64,000 nucleotides of DNA from Penicillus capitatus (Eukaryota; Plantae; Chlorophyta), in assembly GCA_965649825.1 (NCBI GenBank), contig OZ287700.1, positions 186,001-250,000 on the forward strand, given 5' to 3'. This document shows, in pieces, positions 56,557 through 64,000 of the stretch. The translations under genes and the position numbers were made by a program. The notes beneath the pieces are model-generated. The model saw only the letters and a program-made list of their open reading frames with translations. It searched no databases and was not told where the DNA came from. Within the stretch, counting starts at the first letter, position 1; each line of letters opens with the position of its first letter.

Positions 56557-59500
56557 TTACACATGTGGGTGTAAGACCCATCGACGGCTGCCAGAGATTT
56601 TTTTCGCGAGCTGTTGGACAAGGGATCGAAAGGCCAGACGTTTTTGTTGAGGAATGCGTTTGGCCAAGGTATTGAGTTGATCGGATTGCACGACTCTGCC
56701 TCTCTGTATAAAGAATTCCACGACAAGCTCTCTCCACTCCTTCTGCTCCGTCTCGGACACACCTTGCAAATGCTCCACGTCATCACCATCCGCCTCGTCC
56801 CTCCTATCGGGTCGTTGTCGGCGAGCAATAGTAGGACTGGCAACGGGGAGGTCCTTGGAAGGCAAGGGCTCGTGGACAGGGGGTGTCTCTTCGTCCGTCG
56901 TTTCTTGCGATTTGGGTTCGTTCATCGTTCGTCGCATCTGAAGCTTTTTTAGAACCTGTGAGGAGGACGGTGCTGCCAATGCACAGATTCCTGGTCCTTG
57001 GGCGTCGGGAACTCGCAATCCAAATTCGAGCGCCCGACTCAAACATGGCGGCGCTCCGGCGGCGCCGTTTCGTCCTGTCCATGTTGGCAAATGTACACCG
57101 AATCTCGATCGTTGCTCTCCGGCCGTTTGCATACGATCCAATGCTTCTTCGGCCTCGATCGTCGCTTGGTAAGAAATCGGATCGCGTCCCTCCTTTTCGT
57201 GAGAATCTTCCACCGCTTTCTGATCGAGTGCACTCCGAACACCTCCGTTCTCTAAGAGACGCTCCAAAATGAAATCGCCCTTTTGAAAAGCGCTTCCTCG
57301 CAGCAGCGTTTCTGTCTCCGTCGAATTCTTGTCATCCATCGTGAAGAGATCTCGAATGCGCTTAGACGAAAACAGACGTTTCTGCGTCGCATGCTTCAGC
57401 ACTTTGTCCGTCAGCAATTGCTTAAACATCTGTCTCTGATAGATCTTCTCTTCGATAGTGCCGCTGGTGATCAGTCGATAGATTGTCACTTCACGTTCCT
57501 GACCAATCCGCCAGGCCCGTTCTCTCGCTTGGACATCGACAGACGGATTCCAATCCGGATCGTAGAGCAAAACGCGATTGGCGCCTGTGAGATTGACGCC
57601 CAGTCCCCCGACCTTTGTCGTCAGGAGAAAGGCAAAGACAGTACGATCGGAGTTAAAACTCCGGATGTATTGATCTCTGTGACGCACAGAGGTGCAGCCG
57701 TCCATTCTGTAGTACATGTATCCGAGCTGCTGCAGATGGAATTCCAGAATGTCCAGCATCATCTGCGTCTGAGTAAAGACCAGTGCCTTGTCTCCTTCTT
57801 CTTTCCAGAGCTTCAGCACTTCGAGTGTCACTTTCAGTTTTCCACTGCGATCCGCTTCGCCGTAGTTCTGAAGATCGTCAGTCGATTGCAGCAGGTCTGG
57901 ATGATTGCAGATCTGATAAGACAAGTCAAGTGTCGGGCACACGACAGAAGCGCTGTACTTTGCGTAAGACATCGATGCCGGAGAGGACGTGCTGCTTCCC
58001 ATTGACGATGCTTTCGACCTCAGGCGACTGAATAAACGCCTTGTACAACTCTCTCTGCTCCTCAGATAATGTGCAGAACAAGACCTGCTCGAAAACGCAC
58101 TCAGATCATACAAAATGTAAAGGCGCAGATGTGGCGACATGTTCTTGCTTGTTGGGAAGGTGCACGTCCACTTGGCTCTTGCGACGGATAAGCATATACG
58201 GCAGAACAATATCGCGAAGAATCGATGCGCATTTCATGGCTTTCGAAACGGATAGCCGAGATGCGTTCTTATACCCACCGACTTGAATCGGAATACCGAA
58301 CTCGGTCTCGAACACTGGCAGTGTGCCTGCAAACATGTTGCCTCCTTTGACGGCAATGGTCTGTCAGCCAACATCTCACCAAGTTTTCCGGGGAAGATAA
58401 AATCGAAGAGCGACCACAGTTCTGTGAGTTTGTTCTGCACAGGAGAGCCCGTCATAATGATGCGATGACGTGTTCTGAGCTACAATGGCCTTATGCAAAA
58501 CGGTTAGCAATCTCATTCTTTACTTGTTTCACAAAAAGTGTGATTTCGGCATCGGGATTCTTGATTTTGTGCCCCTCATCCAACACTGCATATCCCCAGT
58601 TGACAGACAGCAGCTGGGCGGCATAGATTCTCAAATGTTCATACGTGGTAATCAGCAATCCATTCTCACTCTTTTTGACGGTTTCGATCACTTTCTTCAT
58701 CTCTTTACGTCCTAACCGTCACATCGTATTAGACATCTGTGGCAGCGGGTGGTGAGCCTCACTAGATGACCGGCAGACGCTATCATGCAAAACGCAGGCG
58801 CGTAACTGGCCAGCCCAATGATGCGCCTCGTCCAGCCAGTGTCGCAAAAGTGTGACCGGGCAGAGCACCAGCGATGCCGAGTACTTCTCACTCATATGCA
58901 ATCCTCCCAGGAATACTAACACCTGAGCCGTCTTGCCCAGTCCCATCTCGTCTCCAATAATCCCACCCGCCTTCTGCTTGTGCAGTTCCCACATCCACTG
59001 CACTCCTCGCTTCTGATAGTCAAACAGCTTGGCATAGACTGTCTTATCCACTCTATACTCTTCGTTTATCGTCTCACACTCTATTCTCACACTTCTACAC
59101 CGATCTGATGTGATGAAGAGAGTGCTGACGTTGTGGAGAGGCATCGTACAGGGCATCGATTCTGGCTTGATAAATCTCATCGTCTGCGTCGTCTAGGCGC
59201 CGATCGACGACTTCCGATTCGGAATCCGTGTGCCCATCGCTATCGTCATCGCCCGTAGCGTCGTCGTCTTCGAGCGTGGCCTCCGTTTCCGACTCGGCCT
59301 CCCTATGAACCCACATGCGCATCACTCTACGTCTCCATCGACATGCGACGTACGATTCCGCCGCCACTTGGCTCGAAATCTGAGGTCGGGCGTTTTGAAG
59401 GGACTTTGCAAACTCGCCCCTCTTCCTTCGAGCGACCACGTTGCGCTTTTTTCTCCGATTCAGGCGGACGTCCATTCTTCTTTGTCTTCTCAACTAGACA

Positions 59501-59713
59501 TCGGAAAAGGCGTTCACAAGAATGCGTCGGATGGGTGCTGACATTCAGAGGGATATCTGCGAGCTCCACGAATTTAGTTCGCGGACGCTCGCGCCTGATC
59601 TCTTCGGACACGCGACGACATTTGCGTCCAATCGCTTCCCATTCTTCGTTGCGACCCGTCCCGGGCGCCTCCGTACGTTTTCGCGACCGAGTGTTGCTGC
59701 TCGGCGTTGTCAT
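56557..59713 (-). CDS. ERCC6: CSB/RAD26 SNF2-family ATPase (transcription-coupled repair), multi-exon
   Basis: [100 protein letters not shown], and CSB-specific [11 protein letters not shown] plus C-terminal winged-helix segment. Start codon less certain. Confidence 0.92.
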
Positions 59714-59737
59714 TACCGTAGAACTCGCGCTTTGTAC

Positions 59738-59742
59738 TTACA
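59738..59742 (-). promoter_or_regulatory. TGTAA green-algal poly(A)-type signal just after the PFAS stop
   Basis: UGUAA is the established chlorophyte near-upstream element; also seen at 788-792, 45865-45869 and 56570-56574 shortly after stop codons. Confidence 0.5.
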
Positions 59743-59748
59743 AATGCA

Positions 59749-62700
59749 TCATTTGTGTTCATCGTGCCATTTTCGTGCATTCTGAAACAACCTCAGCCAT
59801 GGACCTGCTCCCTTTGCATCGAGTCCGATGTCTTTTGGATACCAAGGAAGTTGCCAAGTGAGAAAGCAACGTTCTGGATGGGGCATCATGGCGAGATGCC
59901 GACCATCTGCTGAGCAAAGGGCGGCGATGCCTAATGGAGATCCATTTGGATTGGCTGGATACTCTTCCGTCATCTCACCTGTCGCATCACAGTATCTGCC
60001 AAACGTCACATCGCACGCATTCTGCAGCATCGTCGGTCACACATACCTAATCGGAATGAGCTTGTGGTTTTCGATGTGCTGTGCGAGAGAGGTATCGGGA
60101 AAGTAAACGCGTCCCTCTCCGTGGGCAGACCAGATGCCCAGTACGGACCCTTCCATTCCTTCCAGCCAAATGGATGGACTCTTTTCAATTCTGCTCACAA
60201 AAGAGTGAGTGACATCACACTTTTGTCAAGGGCAAACCTGACGGTCGACCATCTCGATTCAAATCTGCCCGAGGTGTTGTGAACAAAACGGGGTTGGAGT
60301 GCACCACCCTCTGCTCCCAGGGGAGCATCTCCCGGAACGATGCCCAGAAGCGCCATGAGCTGACAGCCATTGCACACGCCGAGACTGAACGTCTCCGGTC
60401 GTGCATAGAACCGGCGAAACTGCTGGAGGAGATGTGGGTTAAACAGGATGGTTCCTGCCCATCCCTTTGCCGAATCCAGCACATCTGCAAAGCTGAATCC
60501 GCCCACAAACACCAGTCCACTAAAATCATCCAGCGATATCTTCTGCTGCAGGAGATCTTCCATAGTGACATCCCATGGCTGCATGCCGGCGGCGTAGACA
60601 GCTGCGGCCATTTCTCGGTCTCCGTTCGATCCTTCGGCACGAACCACGGCGACAGGGATCTTCTGTTGTGCAGCCAGAAGGCTGGGAGGTGTGAACTCGG
60701 GTGTGAAATGCAGATGCCATTGTGGATTCTCCCGATGACGTAGGGACAAACGCTCTTCGTCGACACACTGATGAGCACACTGAAGCTTCTCCAGTTCAAA
60801 ACTGGTGCTCTCCCATACATCACGCAGCTCGACCATGTGCTCTGCCACAACGATATGGCCATTGACACTGATCGTGATCTCCTTCTCTTTCACAACCTGT
60901 AGCCACTTCGTGCAATGTACGAGACGTGGATATCGGTTAAGGATATGACTTTGCCGATTTCGTGGCAGTCAAGGTCTGCATCTCGGTAACGGCTGAGAAC
61001 GTCTTCCTTGTGTTCCTTGCTCACTTCCAAGACGAGTCCAAGCTCTTCGGCAAAGAGAAGGGAGAGCGGATCGTGGACAGCTGAGTCAAGGGTCACTTCG
61101 ATGCCACAGTTTCCTGAACCACAACACATTCATCAACCGCGTCTCCTGTGCAAATGCTGCGACGCACCAGCGAATGCCATTTCGCAGAGGCAGGTCACCA
61201 GACCACCATCGCTGATATCATGTCCAGCTGAAAGGAGCCCTTCCTTCACGAGCTCCTGCGTCACATCAAACATCGCTCCCAGCATTTCTGCATCGACATC
61301 TGGTGTCACATCACCAATCTGGACACATCACTCTTCTGGCAGCACAGTTGGATGCATTGAGTGACCTGACGATACGCCTGGAGGAGGGCAGAGCCACCCA
61401 AGCGTTTCTCTCTCGGCGACAGATCCACATGAAGCAGCACACCATCCGACGGGCGTTTCAGATCTGGAGTGACTGTCTTGGTAATGTCCAGGCATCCGAC
61501 GTATGCACTGATAACGACGTTGCCCGGTGCCATCACTTCTTCTCCTCCTGCCCTAGCCGACATGGACAGACTATCCTTGCCTCCATCACAGGCCATGCCA
61601 AGCGTTATCATCATTTCGCCAAGTGCTTCAGCTGCTCGGTACATTGCTGCCCCTTCGGATCCCATCTTGGCAGCGTACATCCAGTTAACACTGGCCTTGA
61701 TGTCTTGTCGTTGTGTGATGTTGGCCCAGACCAGATTCGTCAGCGCCTCTCCGACAGCCAACCGTGCCATAGCTGCTGGATCGATGATTCCTTTCAGTGG
61801 CTGTTCTCCAATGGACGTTGCAATGCCGTCCAGGTCCTGATGACTGCGAGCCAAGACGGCGACATCACTGAGGGGCAACTGCAATGGACCGACGCATTGC
61901 TGCTGTGCCACCAGTCCTGTCACATGTCGGTCGACTTTCGTGGTTAGAAAGCGTTTACTGCAGACAGAGGGCAGCGAAAGGACATGCCGCAATGCTTCCT
62001 TGGACGTCACATCCGTCAAATCAATTGGAGCACGGACTGGACGAAAAGCGTCGGACTGGAAGGTTTTTTGGGGCATCGATCCCAGAACTTTCTCGAGATC
62101 CAAATCCACGGCCGGATCAGGAAGATCAGATTTCAAGACGATGCGGCCTGTCCCAGAGATCTCTCCCAAAACTTGCATGTCACACTTTTCCCTCTCACAG
62201 ATCTCACTCAAAAGTTCTCTGTGCTGTGAACGGATGAGCAGACAATCGTTCTCTTGGTACTCGGCACCCCAGATCTCGAGAACAGACATTGTTGGATCAC
62301 CAAGGGTAACCTGTCGGATGTCGATGTCGGCACCCTTGGGATAGATAATCTCTTTGACCACATTGCAATTGCCACCTGCCCCCTGATCATGAATCTGCAC
62401 GATGGGATTCTCATTGCCCATTTCCACGCAGGCTCGCACCACTCTCCACAATTTCTGAGCCATTTCAGCATCACCTCGCTGCCAGCGAAACGTCACATCA
62501 ACATCAAACCAAGAATCTTTGCCATACCTGCACTGCATTGAAATCCAGATCGACTCGATTGGACCCCCCGGGGAGACTGGAGGCGGCGCCGCCACCCATG
62601 CCAATGCGATAAGCCGGACCTCCAATCTTGACAACGAGCATGGATACCTCTCCATCGTCCTTCTTGAGATGCTGGTGATCGATGTGACCGATCCCACCGC

Positions 62701-64000
62701 TAAACATGATCGGTTTGATCCATTCCCGGCGAGACCCGTCTGGCAGACGCTGCCCAAATGTCCGAGTGTAGCCCGCAACAACGGGTTCGCCAAATTTGTT
62801 TCCGTAATCCAAGGCGCCGTTGCTGGCTTCGATGAGGATCTGATTCGGCCGGGCGAGATTCTCTGGATAGACGAATGCAGGATCACTCCACTGATGCAGA
62901 GTACGATAGGGAGCATCTTCAGGCGACTCCAAGAACTCGAGGTTCCCAACACAGTAACCTGCCGTTGCACCTCCCATGATGGAACCTTTCCCCGTAGCAT
63001 GGGTATCACGAATGCGTCCTCCAGCTCCCGTTTCAGCCCCTAAGGCATTGCCCCGTTGCTGTGCTCTCTGCAAGGATATTGCTAAACCTGGACATGGCGC
63101 AACCGCACAGGGGAAGTTGTGTGTCTCGGCTGTGAACAGAATATCCCAGTCCTGTTCCTTAACCGTCAATGGACTGCATTGCCCGGCTCGAAGAGGGAGA
63201 AGAGGATGGACAGTGCCTCCACGTAATGCCGAAGAATTATCGTCGAATGCAATAACACTATTGTTCGGATGTGCCTTGAGCGGCGCTTGGACCATCTCCA
63301 TCAACGTCTGCGGCATTTGGGTTCCATCAACGACCACTTTACCCTTGAAGTACCAATGCCTAGAGAACAAGCGAAATCTGAGAGAGATCCTGATGATGAG
63401 GGAATAGATAGACCTTGAGTGTTCGCTATTGGACTGGGCGATGTCAAAGAGTTCGACATTTGTGGGATCCCGTTTCATATCGTGTCGAAAGAGTGAGGTG
63501 TAATAATCCAGATCCCATGCATCGAACGCCAATCCCATTTCCTACAGCAGACGTACGGTTTCTTCAAAAGAAGCGTCAGTATTCAGACGTCGTTGATCGC
63601 TTCCAGCGCTGCTCGGCCGTTTTGCATCACAGGAATGGATGTGACAGGACTTGGGGCGAGATCGGAATGCAATGAGACCAACGGTTCAGTGTAGATCTGT
63701 TCCGTCATTCGATCAGAGACCTGAAGACCACAGGTTCGGCGTGATTCTCGGCAATGTGTGTCGACGGACGGCATTGGCGAAGAGGGTGCGATCGGAGGGT
63801 GTCAATGGCGTCGATGTGCCGATGCGATAGCGCACGGATCTTTCGATGCGACGGATGTCATGAAGTCCACAGGCATGACAGATCGAAACGGCATTGGTCG
63901 ACCAGGCCGTCGAAAAATTCAATCGTGGCCCAATCTCCACCACGTCATATGACACGCCATCGTCTCGCACTCCGTTTTCCAGGTCGCTCTCAGAAACGAG
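59749..64000 (-). CDS. PFAS: Phosphoribosylformylglycinamidine synthase (FGAM synthase), 5' end beyond the window
   Basis: [105 protein letters not shown]. Confidence 0.97.

Noticed and set aside
26047-59713. Apparent DNA-repair cluster (XPA-like pair, POLA1, XPF, CSB)
   Set aside because: The genes are spread over 33 kb among unrelated housekeeping genes; no evidence beyond chance.

Overview
Gene-dense eukaryotic nuclear DNA from a green alga (chlorophyte). Evidence: plastid-targeted PNPase, SHMT, DGAT3-like, OEP21-like and CBM20 proteins; the basal-body protein OFD1; TGTAA poly(A)-type signals; standard genetic code. A narrower ulvophyte/Bryopsidales-like origin is only an impression. About 20 protein-coding genes are packed with very short gaps and split by uniformly short introns (nearly all 44-67 nt), so the ORF track shows only exon fragments. 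Gene models below were spliced by hand and coordinates are approximate to within a few nt. Main observations: (1) many introns share short TCAC/GTGA-core motifs (TCTCACTCTTTT and GTCACATCAC) in both orientations, and about 10% of the introns I could place use a GC donor, a combination suggesting an undescribed introner-like or intron-definition system; (2) an intact 5.8-kb LINE with a 15-bp target-site duplication, 3' stem-loop and (CT)n tail has inserted into exon 1 of a large secreted beta-helix-repeat membrane protein, cutting off its signal peptide; (3) an HRDC + Cys-rich + J-domain protein; (4) a Raf-like kinase apparently carrying a tail of about 12 Trp-amphipathic (calmodulin-binding-like) motifs; (5) a decayed XPF/ERCC4 pseudogene; (6) a DNA polymerase alpha whose C-terminal Zn-binding cysteines are missing; (7) a tandem pair of XPA-like proteins differing by one intron. 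No rRNA, tRNA or CRISPR array was recognised.
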